In this document: one piece after another, positions 33,484 to 44,195 of the stretch
How positions within the stretch are numbered: the stretch's first letter is position 1
Layout: each line of letters opens with the position of its first letter
Origin: an uncultured Chloroflexia bacterium
Lineage (GTDB): Bacteria; Chloroflexota; Limnocylindria; Limnocylindrales; CSP1-4
Assembly (NCBI GenBank): GCA_963800795.1
Contig: CAWDCJ010000009.1
Span: forward strand, 27,475-91,474
Length of the DNA stretch: 64,000 nt
Reading direction: 5' to 3'
Position numbers and translations under genes: made by a program
The notes under the pieces: generated by a model
What the model saw: the letters and a program-made list of their open reading frames with translations, nothing else
Databases searched by the model: none
Told to the model about the DNA's origin: nothing

Positions 33484-34682
33484 GCGGACGGGCCTCCCTC
33501 GTGCTCGCGATCGAGTCGTCCTGCGACGAGACCGGGGTCGCGCTCGTCGCAGGCGGGCGCCGGATCATGGCTCAGGCGGTCGCGAGCCAGATCGCGCTGC
33601 ATGCACCGGCCGGCGGCATCGTGCCCGAGCTCGCGGCGCGGGCGCACCTGCGCTGGATCGTGCCTGCGCTGGAAGACGTGCTGGCGACGACGGGCGTCAC
33701 GATGGCCGAGGTTGACGCCGTCGCGGTGACGGCCGGCCCGGGTCTGGCCGGATCGCTCCTGGTGGGCATCGCCTTCGCCAAGACGCTGGCGTGGGCGCAT
33801 CGGCGTCCGCTCGTCGGGGTCAACCACCTCGAGGGCCACCTGTACGCGGCATGGCTGCTTGATCCTGGCGAACCGGAGCGTCCGGAGCCGCCGTTCCCGC
33901 TCGTGGCGCTCGTCGTGTCCGGCGGGCACACGTTCCTCGTCGAGATGCGGGATCACATCACTTACCGGCTCCTCGGGGAGACCGTCGACGATGCCGCCGG
34001 CGAGGCGTTCGACAAGGCTGGCCGGCTCCTCGGGCTGGGGTACCCGGGCGGACCCGCGATCGCCGCCGCGGCAGCGCGCTCGCAGGTCCACGACGCGGCC
34101 TTCCCGCGGGCGTGGCTGGGGAGGTCGTACGACTTCAGCTTCTCCGGCCTCAAGACCGCCCTCCGGCGCCAGGTCGAGATCGAGCTGGCGGCAGCGGGTC
34201 GGCCGGCAGCAGAGGCGGGCGGACGGCTCGACCCGGCCCGCGTGATGGAGCTGGCATGGGGCTTCCAAGAGGCGGTGGTCGACGTGCTGGCCGTCAAGAC
34301 CCTCCGCGCCGCCGACGAGACGGCCGCTCGGGCCATCGTCATGGGCGGTGGCGTCGCCTCGAACGTCGCGCTCCGCCAGCGCATCGCGGCCGGCGCCGCG
34401 GCGCGTGGCCTGCCCCTGTTCGTCCCGCGCCCCGGCCTCTGCACGGACAACGGCGCGATGATCGGGGCCGCGGGATGGCGAAGGTTCGTCGCCGGCGAGC
34501 GCGCGGGCGACGACCTCGGCGCGAGACCGGCCTGGCCGCTCGTTCGTCCCGGCGGGGTGCCGGACAGCCGTCGGCCTCCCCGAAGGGGGACAGCGGCAAG
34601 GGCATACGAGATCGCCCTGGCCGCCGAGCGCGACGGCGCCGGCGGCGCGTCGGTCCCGGCCGTGCGCGGGCGCACGCCGTGA
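33480..34682 (+). CDS. tsaD: tRNA N6-adenosine threonylcarbamoyltransferase
   Basis: LAIESSCDETG, VNHLEGH, LVVSGGHT, GEAFDK, CTDNGAMI. Confidence 0.97.
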   Translation: MSGRASLVLAIESSCDETGVALVAGGRRIMAQAVASQIALHAPAGGIVPELAARAHLRWIVPALEDVLATTGVTMAEVDAVAVTAGPGLAGSLLVGIAFAKTLAWAHRRPLVGVNHLEGHLYAAWLLDPGEPERPEPPFPLVALVVSGGHTFLVEMRDHITYRLLGETVDDAAGEAFDKAGRLLGLGYPGGPAIAAAAARSQVHDAAFPRAWLGRSYDFSFSGLKTALRRQVEIELAAAGRPAAEAGGRLDPARVMELAWGFQEAVVDVLAVKTLRAADETAARAIVMGGGVASNVALRQRIAAGAAARGLPLFVPRPGLCTDNGAMIGAAGWRRFVAGERAGDDLGARPAWPLVRPGGVPDSRRPPRRGTAARAYEIALAAERDGAGGASVPAVRGRTP

Positions 34683-35634
34683 GCGCGGTTCGCCTGGACC
34701 CCGGTGCGGTCCGGCGGACGCTGCGCGCCGCCGGCCTGCGCCCCCAGCGACGCTTCAGCCAGAACTTCCTGGTGGACATCGACGTGCTCGAGGCGATCCT
34801 CGCGCGCGGCAGGCGCGTCGGCCGGACGCACGGTGCTCGAGATCGGGCCCGGGCTCGGCATCCTGACCGGCGGCCTGCTGGAAGCGGGCGCCGCGGTGAC
34901 GGCGGTCGAGCTGGACCGCGGGATGGTCGATCACCTCGCCGCGGCCTTCGAGCCAGCCCTGGCAGCCGCCGCCGAGGGGCCCCGCCCACCGGCACCGAAC
35001 CCATCCGGGACACTGCGACTGGTGGCCGCGGACATCCTCGATGTCGAGCTCGCCGAGCTGCTCGTCTCGCCGTTCGACGTCGTCGCGAACCTCCCCTACC
35101 ACGTCACGAGCCCGATCCTGCATCGCCTCCTGGCCACGGAGCCGCGCCCCGAGCGCTGCATCCTGATGCTCCAGCGAGAGGTGGCCGAGCGCGTGACGGC
35201 GCGGCCGGGCGGCATGAGCTACCTCTCCGTGTTCGTCCAGTACCACGCCGCTGCGTCGCTGGTGCGGCTCGTCCCGCGTTCGGCGTTCGAGCCGGCTCCG
35301 GAGGTCGACTCGGCGATCGTCGCGCTTGGACGTCCGTGCCCCCGGCGGGGCGGGACGCCTCCCGCTGGAGATGGAGGACGAGCTGTGGCGGCTTGTGCAG
35401 GCAGGCTTCCGCGAGCGCCGGAAGATGCTCCGGAACGTCCTTGGACGGCAGCTGCCGGTGGGCCAGGAGCGCGTGGATGCCGCCCTCGCGGAGGCCGGGA
35501 TCGCTGGCGATCGACGACCGCAGACGCTCTCGGTGGCCGACTGGATCGGCCTGCTTGGCGCGATCGGGCCGCTCCCGCCGGACGAGCGAGGCCACCGTCG
35601 ATCGCGCCCAGCGCCCAGCCTGATCGGCCCATGA
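34679..35634 (+). CDS. rsmA: 16S rRNA dimethyladenosine transferase (frameshifts near 34810 and 35340)
   Basis: FSQNFLVD; VLEIGPGLG, VANLPYHVT, MLQREVA, PAPEVDSA; FRERRKMLRN spread over three frames. Confidence 0.93.
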
Positions 35635-36666
35635 TGAACGAAGCCTCACGTCGCGTCACGCCGGTCGTCCGGCTCGCGCCGGCCAAGCTCAACCTGACAC
35701 TCGCGGTCACCGGGCGGCGCGAGGACGGCTTCCATGCGCTGCACTCGGTGATGGTCAGGCTCGACCTGGCCGATCGCCTGGCCCTCGCGCCCGCGTTCGC
35801 GTCCGGGGACAGGTTGCGCGCCACCGGCCCGGGGATGCCGGAACTCGGCCCGTCCGAGCGCAATCTCGTCATGCGGGCGATCAGCGTGACGCGGGCAGCC
35901 TGCCGCGCGCGGGGCGTCGACGGGCCGCTGCCTGCCCTGGCGGCCTTGCTCGACAAGCGGATCCCGGTCGCGGCGGGACTCGGCGGCGGGAGCAGCGATG
36001 CCGCGGCGGCGATCGACGGAGCGCTCGAAGCCTGGGGGGTGGGGGACGACCTGCCGTCGTCGGATCGGGCGACGATCGCGGCGGGCCTGGGCTCGGACGT
36101 GCCGTTCTTCCTGGCGGGCGACTGGGCGCTCGTGGAAGGGCGCGGCGAGCGCGTCGCGTCCCTCCCGCCGCCCCGTGGCCCGGCCCCGGCCGTCCTGCTC
36201 GTCACGCCCGGCGTCGTCGTGTCCACGGCCGCCGTCTATGCGGCCTATGCGGCTGGCATCCGGGCTGTCTCGGGGGCCACCCTGGCCTCGTCGCGCCACC
36301 TCGCCGGCGAGCTTGCGGGCGGGATGACGATCGCGACCTTCGAGGAACGAGCCGGGATCATGGCAGTCGCGAACAACCTGGCGGCCGCGACTGCCTCTGT
36401 GGTGCCGGGGCTGGTGCCGTTCCGCCGCGCGCTCGGCGAAGCTGGTGGGACGCCCGGTGGGACAGTCCGGCTCTGGGCCGACCCTCTGGGTCCTCTATCC
36501 TTCTATCGAAGCCGCGGAGACAGCCGCCGAGATCGTCCGGGAAGCGCTCGCCGCGGGCGAGATCACGCCACCCGGCGACCGGCCCCCGTTCGTGGCCGCG
36601 ACGTCGATCAGCGTCGGCGTCCCGTCCGTCGTCGCCGAGCCCGCTCGTCCAGCGGAGAACACCTGA
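35631..36666 (+). CDS. ispE: 4-diphosphocytidyl-2-C-methyl-D-erythritol kinase (frameshift near 36435)
   Basis: APAKLNLTL, KRIPVAAGLGGGSSDAA, GSDVPFF; QSGSGPT in the next frame. Confidence 0.93.
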
Positions 36667-36681
36667 CCAGGGAGGCTCCTG

Positions 36682-37068
36682 ATGCCACGCACTGCCATCT
36701 CGACCGCACATGCTCCCGCCGCCATCGGGCCCTACAGCCAGGCAATTCGCGCCGACGGCTACCTCTTCTGCTCCGGCCAGCTTGGCCTGGATCCCGCCAC
36801 CGGCGAATTCGTCGCCGGGGATGTGGCCGCCCAGGCCGAACAGTCGCTGCGGAACCTGGGCGCGGTGCTCGAGGCAGCCGGCCTGACGTTCGGCGACGTC
36901 GTCAAGACCACGATCTTCCTGGCCGACATCGCCGACTTCGCGACCGTCAACGGCGTCTACGGGCGCTTCATGACCGACCCGCCTCCGGCGCGCTCCACGG
37001 TCGCGGTCGCGGCCCTGCCGAAAGGCGGCCGCGTGGAGATCGAGGCGATTGCGCGGTTGGGCGCCTGA
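36682..37068 (+). CDS. ridA: RidA/YjgF enamine-imine deaminase
   Basis: [35 protein letters not shown]. Confidence 0.94.
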   Translation: MPRTAISTAHAPAAIGPYSQAIRADGYLFCSGQLGLDPATGEFVAGDVAAQAEQSLRNLGAVLEAAGLTFGDVVKTTIFLADIADFATVNGVYGRFMTDPPPARSTVAVAALPKGGRVEIEAIARLGA

Positions 37069-37110
37069 TGGGCTCTCGATCGGGGCGCCTGGTTCACAGG
37101 GCTGGCACGT

Positions 37111-37140
37111 TTGACACGGCCGCCGGACCGAACCTACGCT
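37111..37140 (+). promoter_or_regulatory. Sigma70-type promoter upstream of glmU
   Basis: TTGACA (37111-16), 18-nt spacer, TACGCT (37135-40). Confidence 0.7.
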
Positions 37141-37245
37141 TCCCGGACACCAGATGCCCACTGACCAACCCACGCCGGACGGCAGACGCGGGGACTCGCC
37201 GCGTCTCATCCCGCCCGGGTTGCCGCAGCCGGGCGAGCCGGTCCG

Positions 37246-38804
37246 ATGACCTCTCGCCGCAGCGCTCCAGGCACCGCCGCAGCCGTCGACGCCCTCGATG
37301 GCCGCGGGGCGGTCGCCATCGTCATGGCCGGCGGGTTGGGAACCCGCATGCGGTCGTCGGTCCCGAAGCTGCTGCACCCGCTTTGCGGCCGCCCGATGCT
37401 GGCCTACGTCGTGGACGCCGCCCGCGCGGCGACCGGACGGGACCCGATCGTGGTGACCTCGCCAGCGACCGCCGCCGTCCGCGACGCGTTCCCGATCGGG
37501 CGTCGCGTTCGCGCTCCAGGAGCGCCCCGACGGGTCGGGCGATGCCGTCCGGGCTGCCCTGCCAGCCGTGCCCGCCGACGTGGCCGAGGTCGTGGTCCTC
37601 AACGGCGACATCCCCCTCGTCGAGGCGGGTCTTGTCACGGGCGTGCTGGAACGCCGCCGCAGGGCGGGCGCTGCCGTCGCGCTCGTATCGTTCGAGGCCT
37701 GGGAGCCGGGAGCGCTGGGGCGCGTGATCCTGGCGCCTGACGGCGACCGGGTCGCCCGGCTCGTCGAGGCGCGAGACGCCACGCCCGACGAGCTTGCGGT
37801 CAGCGAGGTGAACGCCGGGCTGTACGCGTTCGACGCGGCGTGGCTGCGCCTGGCGGTCGAACGCCTGACGCCATCCCCGGCGACCGGCGAGTACTACATC
37901 ACGCAGCTCGTCGATCTCGCGGTGTCGGACGGGCTCGCGGTGGTGACCCACGAGGTGCCCGACGACGGTGCGCTGGACGGGATCAACGACCGCGCCCAGC
38001 TCGCCGAGGCGACCGCGATGCTGCGCGAGCGCATCAACCTCGCCTGGCTCCGGGCCGGCGTCACGATGCACGATCCCGCGACGGCGTACATCGACGCCGA
38101 CGTGGACCTGGCGCCCGACGTGACCCTGGAGCCGAACGTGATCCTGCGCGGCAGGACCCGGGTGGAGGAGGGGAGTGTCATCGGCGCCGGGAGCCAGCTC
38201 GTCGACAGCCTGGTGGGCCCCCGATGCCGGGTCTGGGCCAGCGTCCTCGAGCAGGCCAGCGTGGAGGAAGGGACCACGATCGGGCCGTTCAGCCACCTGC
38301 GGCCGGGCAGCTCGATCGGGCCGAACGTGCAGCTCGGCAACTTCGCGGAGGTGAAGAGCAGCCGGCTCGAGCGAGGCGTGAAGCAGCACCACATGAGCTA
38401 CCTCGGGGACGCGCATGTCGGTGCCGGCACGAACGTCGGCGCGGGCACGATCACCGCCAACTACGACGGCGTCCGCAAGCACCACACGGAGATCGGCGAA
38501 CGCGTCTTCCTCGGCGTCGACACGATGCTGCGGGCCCCCGTCACGATCGGCGACGGGGCCAAGACCGGCGCTGGCGCGGTCGTCACGCGCGACGTCCCGG
38601 CGGGCATGCTCGCGGTCGGCGTGCCGGCGCGGATTCGCGAGCTGCGCTCGGCGGTCCACCGCTCCGGAGGCGGCCCTTGCGGCGGAAGCGGCCAGTGCGC
38701 CGGAGGCGGCCAGCGCGCCGGAGCCCGGCGGCGACGAGCAGGCCGGTCCAGGGGGCGGCCCGGGAGCATTCGCCGCCCGGCCGCCGTTGACCGTGGATCG
38801 CTGA
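37246..38804 (+). CDS. glmU: Bifunctional UDP-GlcNAc pyrophosphorylase / GlcN-1-P acetyltransferase (several frameshifts)
   Basis: [18 protein letters not shown]; [45 protein letters not shown]. Confidence 0.94.
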
Positions 38805-40153
38805 TGGACCTCGCTCGTCCAGCTCGTCGTCATCGTCATCCTTACCCTGCTGGAAGGGTTCTTCGTCGCGAGCGAGATCGCGCTCGTCTCGATCCGGCGC
38901 AGCCGGGTCGACCAGCTCGTCGACGAGGGGAGCAGCGCAGCGCGGCGGGTCCGGGGCCTGCTGGACGACCCCGGCCGCTTCCTGGCCGTCGCGCAGCTCG
39001 GCCTGACGACCCTCGGGTTCTTCGCCTCCGCCTTCGCCGCGGTCAGCCTCGTCGACGGGTCTGTCGGGCCTTCTCGCCCGCGTCGACGCCCTTCGCGAGG
39101 GTGCCTCCGCCATCGCGCTCGTGATCGTCACGATCGTGGTGGCCCTCTTCACGATCGTCTTCGCCGAGCTCGTCCCGAAGACGCTCGCGCTTGCCCACAC
39201 CGAGCGCTATGCGCTCGCGCTCTCGCGGCCCGATCGAGCTCATCGCCCGGCTGCTCGGCCCCGTCGTGAGCCTGCTGACCGGGATGACCCACGCCGTGAC
39301 CGGGGCGCTGGGGGCCGAGGTGTCGCGCGAGGCGGAGATCTCCACGCGGGAGCTCAAGCTGATCGTGGAGCGCGGAGGCGAGCAGGGCGTGCTCGAGGCC
39401 GAGGAGGAGCAGATGATCCACGCGGTCATCGAGCTCGGCGAGCGCCGCGTCCACGAGGTGATGGTGCCCCGCACCGACATCGTCGGGCTCGAGGTGGACG
39501 GGACCTTCGAGGAGGCCGTGGACCGGATCATCGCCGAGGGGCACAGCCGTCTGCCGGTCTGGGAGCGGTCCGTCGACGAGGTGGTCGGGATCCTCTATGC
39601 GAAGGACCTCCTGCGGTTCCTCAAGGAAGCCTCGGCCGATCCGCCGCCCATCCGGGCGCTCCTGCGGGCGCCCGTCTTCGTCCCCGAATCGATCACGATC
39701 GACGATCTCCTGCACGAGTTGCAGCGCCGGAAGGTCCACCTCGCGGTCGTCCTCGACGAGTACGGCGGCACGGCCGGGCTGGTCACGATCGAGGACCTTC
39801 TCGAGGAGATCGTGGGCGAGATCCAGGACGAGTACGACGCGGAGGAGCCGATGGTCGTCCGCCTCGATGACGATCGCGCCCGGATGGACGGGCGGGCGTC
39901 CGTGGACGAGCTCGGCGAGATCTGGGACGACCTGGACCTGGACGCGCTGCTGGAGGATCGCGAGGAGTACGACACGCTCGGCGGGCTCCTGTTCCACCGG
40001 ATCGGTGGCGTGCCGGTCCCGGGCGACCAGATCCGCGTCGGGGCGCTGACGCTCACGGTGGAGTCGACGGACGGCCGGCGCGTCGGCAAGATCCTCGCCG
40101 TGCGGGAGCCGGAGGCCGGGACCGACGGCGAGGCCGACCAGGTCGACCGCTGA
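38804..40153 (+). CDS. CNNM/CorC (hemolysin-family) protein with DUF21-CBS-CorC domains (several frameshifts)
   Basis: EGFFVASEIALVS, FAELVPKTLA, VMVPR, GHSRLPV, VLDEYGGTAGLVTIEDLLEEIVGEI. Confidence 0.92.
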
Positions 40154-40193
40154 TCGGCGGACGGGATCCGCCGCGCCGGCCGAACGGGCGCGC

Positions 40194-41216
40194 TCAGGCC
40201 GAGATGACGGTCCGCATGATCTGCTCGAGCTTCTCGCGGGCCTCAGGCTGGATCACGCCCGCTGAATCGAGCGCCGCGATCGCCTCGTCGCGCCATCGGC
40301 GCGCCTCGCCGCGGGTGTATTCCTGGGCACCGGTCCGGTCCACGATCGCCATCGCCTCCGTCAGCTGCTCGGCGGTGGGCTCGGGGTCGGCGTAGAGCGC
40401 GAGCAGGCGGGCTCGATCGCCCGGGCTGGCGTGCTCCAGCGCGTAGATGACGGGCAGCGTCTTCTTGTGCTTGGCGAGGTCGGACGGCTCCTTGCCGGTC
40501 GACTGCTCGCGACCCCAGATCCCGAGCAGGTCATCGTTGAGCTGGAAGGCGAGGCCCAGGGCCCAGCCGAACTGCCGGTAGCGGGCGATCACCGCCTCGT
40601 CGTCCGTGGCGAGGAGTGCGCCGGCCTCGATGCTGGCCGCGATCAGCGCGGCGGTCTTGCGCCCGATCATGTCGAAGTACAGGTCGACCGTCATGGCCGT
40701 CTCGTGCTCGCTCGTCCAGATGTCGATGTACTGGCCCTCGCAGAGCGCGAGGCACGTCTCGTCGTAGAGCCGCATCAACCGGAGCACCTTCGAGTCGGAG
40801 AAGCCGAGCGACGTGAGACGGTGCAGCGCGATCCTCGACAGGACGAAAACGGCATCGCCGGTGTTGATGGCCTGCGGGATGCCCTGCACCGTCCAGAGCG
40901 TCGCCCGGTGGCGGCGCTCGCGGTCGCGATCCTCGATGTCGTCGTGGATCAGGCTGAAGTTGTGGCCCAGCTCCACCGCGGCGGCACCCGGCAGCGCCCG
41001 CTCCCACGTTCCCGTGATCGAGGCAAACGCGAGCAGCCCGAGGAGCGGCCGGAGGCGCTTGCCGGACGACCCGGAGCCATCGAGGCCCATGTGGTAGCGG
41101 ACCATCTCGTACATGCCGTGCGTGGTCGGGTCGCGGTCCACCACGAGGTGGAGGATCTCATCCTCGACCGCGCCGATGAGCTCCGGGATGTCGAGGGAGG
41201 CGGGGGAGGTGGGCAC
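40194..41216 (-). CDS. Polyprenyl diphosphate synthase (GGPP synthase-like)
   Basis: GKRLRP, FSLIHDDIED, RRHR, EGQYID, KTAAL, QLNDD; start GTG 41216 (alternative ATG 41228). Confidence 0.92.
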   Translation of the reverse strand: MPTSPASLDIPELIGAVEDEILHLVVDRDPTTHGMYEMVRYHMGLDGSGSSGKRLRPLLGLLAFASITGTWERALPGAAAVELGHNFSLIHDDIEDRDRERRHRATLWTVQGIPQAINTGDAVFVLSRIALHRLTSLGFSDSKVLRLMRLYDETCLALCEGQYIDIWTSEHETAMTVDLYFDMIGRKTAALIAASIEAGALLATDDEAVIARYRQFGWALGLAFQLNDDLLGIWGREQSTGKEPSDLAKHKKTLPVIYALEHASPGDRARLLALYADPEPTAEQLTEAMAIVDRTGAQEYTRGEARRWRDEAIAALDSAGVIQPEAREKLEQIMRTVISA

Positions 41217-41336
41217 GGGCAGGATCATAGCAACCTCGAACGGTCCGGCCGGGCGGTCGACGAGGAGTCGAGATCCGCGGGTGGCAGCTCGCTTCCGGTT
41301 CGTGCCGCCAAGGCGAGCGGATGGTACCGTGCGAGC

Positions 41337-42183
41337 GTGCCCGGCCGCCGCCTCTACGTCACCGATGCGATCGTCCTCTCGCGCTTCGACTTCGGCGAGG
41401 CGGATCGCATCCTGACGCTCCTCACGCCGGAGCTGGGAAAGATCAAGGCGATCGCGAAGGGGATCCGGCGGCCGACGAGCCGGATCGGCGGGGCGCTGGA
41501 GCCGCTCGCCGAGCTGCGCGTCCAGCTCGCCCGGGGGCGCACGTTCGACGTGGTCACCCAGGTCACGATGCAGCACACGTGGCTCGGTCTCCGCGACCGG
41601 CTGGAGGTCACGGCGACGGCCTGGTACTGCGCGGAGCTGGCGGAGCGCTCGCTGGAGGAGCGGCACGCGGCCCTGCCGGTCTACCTGCTCCTGCGGCGCG
41701 CGTACGAGCTGCTCGACGCCGGGATGGCGGCGGCTCGGGTCGCGCGCTGGTTCGAGATGCGGCTCTGCGAGGAGCTCGGCGTCCGGCCGGAGGTCGACCG
41801 CTGCGTCGAGTGCGACCGCCTGCTCGGCCTCGACGACGTGGTCCGCTGGGTCCCCCCGCTCGGCGGCGCCCTGTGTGCCGATCACCCGGGCCCGTCGGCG
41901 ATCGCTGCCGGGCTCTCGACGGAGGCCCTGAAGGTGCTCAAGGCCTACCAGCGGATGGACGTGGAGGCGCTGGCCGCGCTCCGCCTGCCGCCGGCGGTCG
42001 AGCGCGAGGTGGAGGAGCGGTTGGGGGCGTTCGTGCGCCACGTCATGGAGCGTGACACACGGTCGCGGCGGTTCCTCGAGGAGGTCCGCTCCGGCGTATG
42101 GCGCGGGAGCCGTTCCACCGGAACCGCGCCCCCTCCCGGTCGACGGTGCGCCGGCAGCGACGCCCGGAGGAGGCGCGCGATGA
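41337..42183 (+). CDS. recO: DNA repair protein RecO (frameshift near 42100)
   Basis: FDFGEADRILTLLTP..GKIKAIAKGIRR, CVEC and GGALCADH zinc motif. Confidence 0.93.
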
Positions 42184-42599
42184 TCGAGCCGGTGGTGCGA
42201 CCCGGATCCAGCGCCGCCGAGCGGTTACGCCGCGAGCTGGTCGTCTGGCTCACCACGGTGACCGCGACTGGCCAGCCCCAGGCCTCGCCGGTCTGGTTCC
42301 TCTGGGCCGACGGCGAGATCCTCGTCTACAGCCGGGCCGACACGCCGCGCCCGCGGAACATCCGGGCCAACCCGCGGGTGGCCGTGAACTTCGACTCGGA
42401 CGGCGACGGCGGCGGCGTCGTCTCGATCGAGGGCGAGGCGCGGATCACCCGTGAGCGAGCGGTTCTGGCCGACGTCCCGCCGGCCTACGTGGAGAAGTAC
42501 GCGGCGAAGCTGGCGGAGAACGGCTGGACCATGGCGAGCATGCTCGCCGACTACCCGGTGGAGATCCGGATCCGGCCGGACCGCCTCCGGGCCTGGTAG
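42180..42599 (+). CDS. PPOX-class, probably F420-dependent oxidoreductase
   Basis: GGAGG SD plus ATG 42180; VWLTTV..GQPQASPVWF, RNIRANPRVAVNFD. Confidence 0.85.
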   Translation: MIEPVVRPGSSAAERLRRELVVWLTTVTATGQPQASPVWFLWADGEILVYSRADTPRPRNIRANPRVAVNFDSDGDGGGVVSIEGEARITRERAVLADVPPAYVEKYAAKLAENGWTMASMLADYPVEIRIRPDRLRAW

Positions 42600-42653
42600 G
42601 GCCCGGCTCAGCGGCCCACGCGGCGGTTAGGGGGCGGCGGATGTCCGGTCGTC

Positions 42654-42662
42654 TGATACGAT
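42654..42662 (+). promoter_or_regulatory. Extended -10 element upstream of glyQS
   Basis: TG-A-TACGAT in the intergenic region. Confidence 0.55.
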
Positions 42663-42708
42663 CCCCGAGACCGCCCTCCCGCTCGCGCCTGCCACGCGCG
42701 GGCCCCTC

Positions 42709-44139
42709 GTGGAGCCAGATCCCGTGACCGATCCCCAGCCCGATCCCAACGCCGTCGCGCCGACCGTCGCTGACCTCGAGACGATCGTGAGCCTGTCCAA
42801 GCGCCGCGGCTTCGTCTTCCCGTCATCGGAGATCTACGGCGGCATCAACGCCGTCTGGGACTACGGGCCGCTCGGCGTCGAGCTGAAGAACAACGTCAAG
42901 CGCGCCTGGTGGCGGGCCATGGTCCAGGAGCGCGATGAGATCGTCGGGCTCGACTCGGGGATCCTGATGCACCCCCAGATCTGGGTCACGTCCGGCCACG
43001 TCGCGGAGTTCAACGACCCGATGGTCGAGTGCGCGACCTGCAAGCGCCGCTACCGCGTCGACGAGTTCGCCGGGGCAGAGGACCTCGGGCCGAAGGAGCT
43101 GCTGGACCCGGCGACCGTCGCCCGCCTCGGCCTGGTCTGCCCGAACGACGGCGGTCCCCTCGGTGCGCCGCGGCGCTTCAACCTGATGCTGAAGACCTTC
43201 CTCGGCCCGGTCGAGGAAGAGGCCGCGGTGGTCTACCTGCGCCCGGAGACGGCCCAGGGGATCTACGTCAACTACCGGAACGTCCGCGACACGGCCCGCA
43301 AGAAGGTCCCGTTCGGGATCGCCCAGATCGGCAAGGCCTTCCGCAACGAGATCAGCCCCGGCAACTTCGTCTTCCGGATGCGCGAGTTCGAGCAGATGGA
43401 GATGCAGTACTTCGTCCGGCCGGAGACGGCCGCGGACACGTTCGAAGGCTGGCTGCCGCAGCGCAAGGCCTGGTACGAGGCCTATGGCGTGGCGCCCGAG
43501 CGGCTGCGCTTCCGGGAGCACCGTCCGGACGAGCTTGCCCACTACGCCAAGAAGGCCGTCGACGTGGAGTATCGCTTCCCGTTCGGCTGGAAGGAGCTCG
43601 AAGGGATCCACAACCGGGGCGACTGGGACCTGGGCCGCCATTCGAAGGAGTCGGGCGAGAACCTGGAGTACTTCGACCAGGCGACCGGCGAGCACTTCAT
43701 CCCCTGGATCGTCGAGACGTCCGCCGGCGCCGACCGCGCCGCCTTCACGTTCCTGATCGACGCCTACCGGGAGGAGGAGGTCCGGGGCGAGAAGCGGGTC
43801 GTGCTGGGGTTCCACCCGGATCTCGCGCCATACAAGGTGGCCGTGCTGCCGCTCCTCAAGAAGCGGCCCGAGATCGTGGAGCTCTGCCACCGGATCAAGG
43901 ACGACCTCAAGCGGCACACGATGGCCGTCTACGACGACACGGCCGCGATCGGCAAGCTCTACCGGCGCCAGGACGAGATCGGCACGCCGTGGTGCGTCAC
44001 CGTGGACGTCGACTCGCTCGACGACGGCAACGTCACGGTCCGCGACCGCGATGCGATGACCCAGGAGCGGATCTCCGCCGATCAGGTGACTCGCTACATC
44101 ACCGACCGGCTGGACGCGGCGCGACCGCACGGCCTGTAG
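42709..44139 (+). CDS. glyQS: Glycine--tRNA ligase, homodimeric (alpha2) type
   Basis: YLRPETAQG, FRNEISP..F.FRMREFEQME, IGKLYRRQDEIGTP. Confidence 0.96.
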   Translation: MEPDPVTDPQPDPNAVAPTVADLETIVSLSKRRGFVFPSSEIYGGINAVWDYGPLGVELKNNVKRAWWRAMVQERDEIVGLDSGILMHPQIWVTSGHVAEFNDPMVECATCKRRYRVDEFAGAEDLGPKELLDPATVARLGLVCPNDGGPLGAPRRFNLMLKTFLGPVEEEAAVVYLRPETAQGIYVNYRNVRDTARKKVPFGIAQIGKAFRNEISPGNFVFRMREFEQMEMQYFVRPETAADTFEGWLPQRKAWYEAYGVAPERLRFREHRPDELAHYAKKAVDVEYRFPFGWKELEGIHNRGDWDLGRHSKESGENLEYFDQATGEHFIPWIVETSAGADRAAFTFLIDAYREEEVRGEKRVVLGFHPDLAPYKVAVLPLLKKRPEIVELCHRIKDDLKRHTMAVYDDTAAIGKLYRRQDEIGTPWCVTVDVDSLDDGNVTVRDRDAMTQERISADQVTRYITDRLDAARPHGL

Positions 44140-44195
44140 CCGGCGGGGGGCGGGGCGGCGCCGGCGACCGCCTGGCGCCGGCGGGGCGCGCGGGG

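Noticed and set aside
37069-37245. Possible tRNA between ridA and glmU
   Set aside because: No cloverleaf or T-loop consensus; the region is explained by a promoter and a short ORF
34704-37727. 1007-aa ORF joining RsmA and IspE segments
   Set aside because: Frameshifts chain separate genes; each has its own start and stop in adjacent frames
40431-42599. Apparent RecO-PPOX fusion ORF
   Set aside because: A third frame ends GAGAVPPEPRP...GGAR-TGA overlapping ATG 42180, which has its own GGAGG SD; the fusion is a frameshift artefact
42600-42708. T-box upstream of glyQS
   Set aside because: Only about 46 nt between the -10 box and the start; no T-box motif seen
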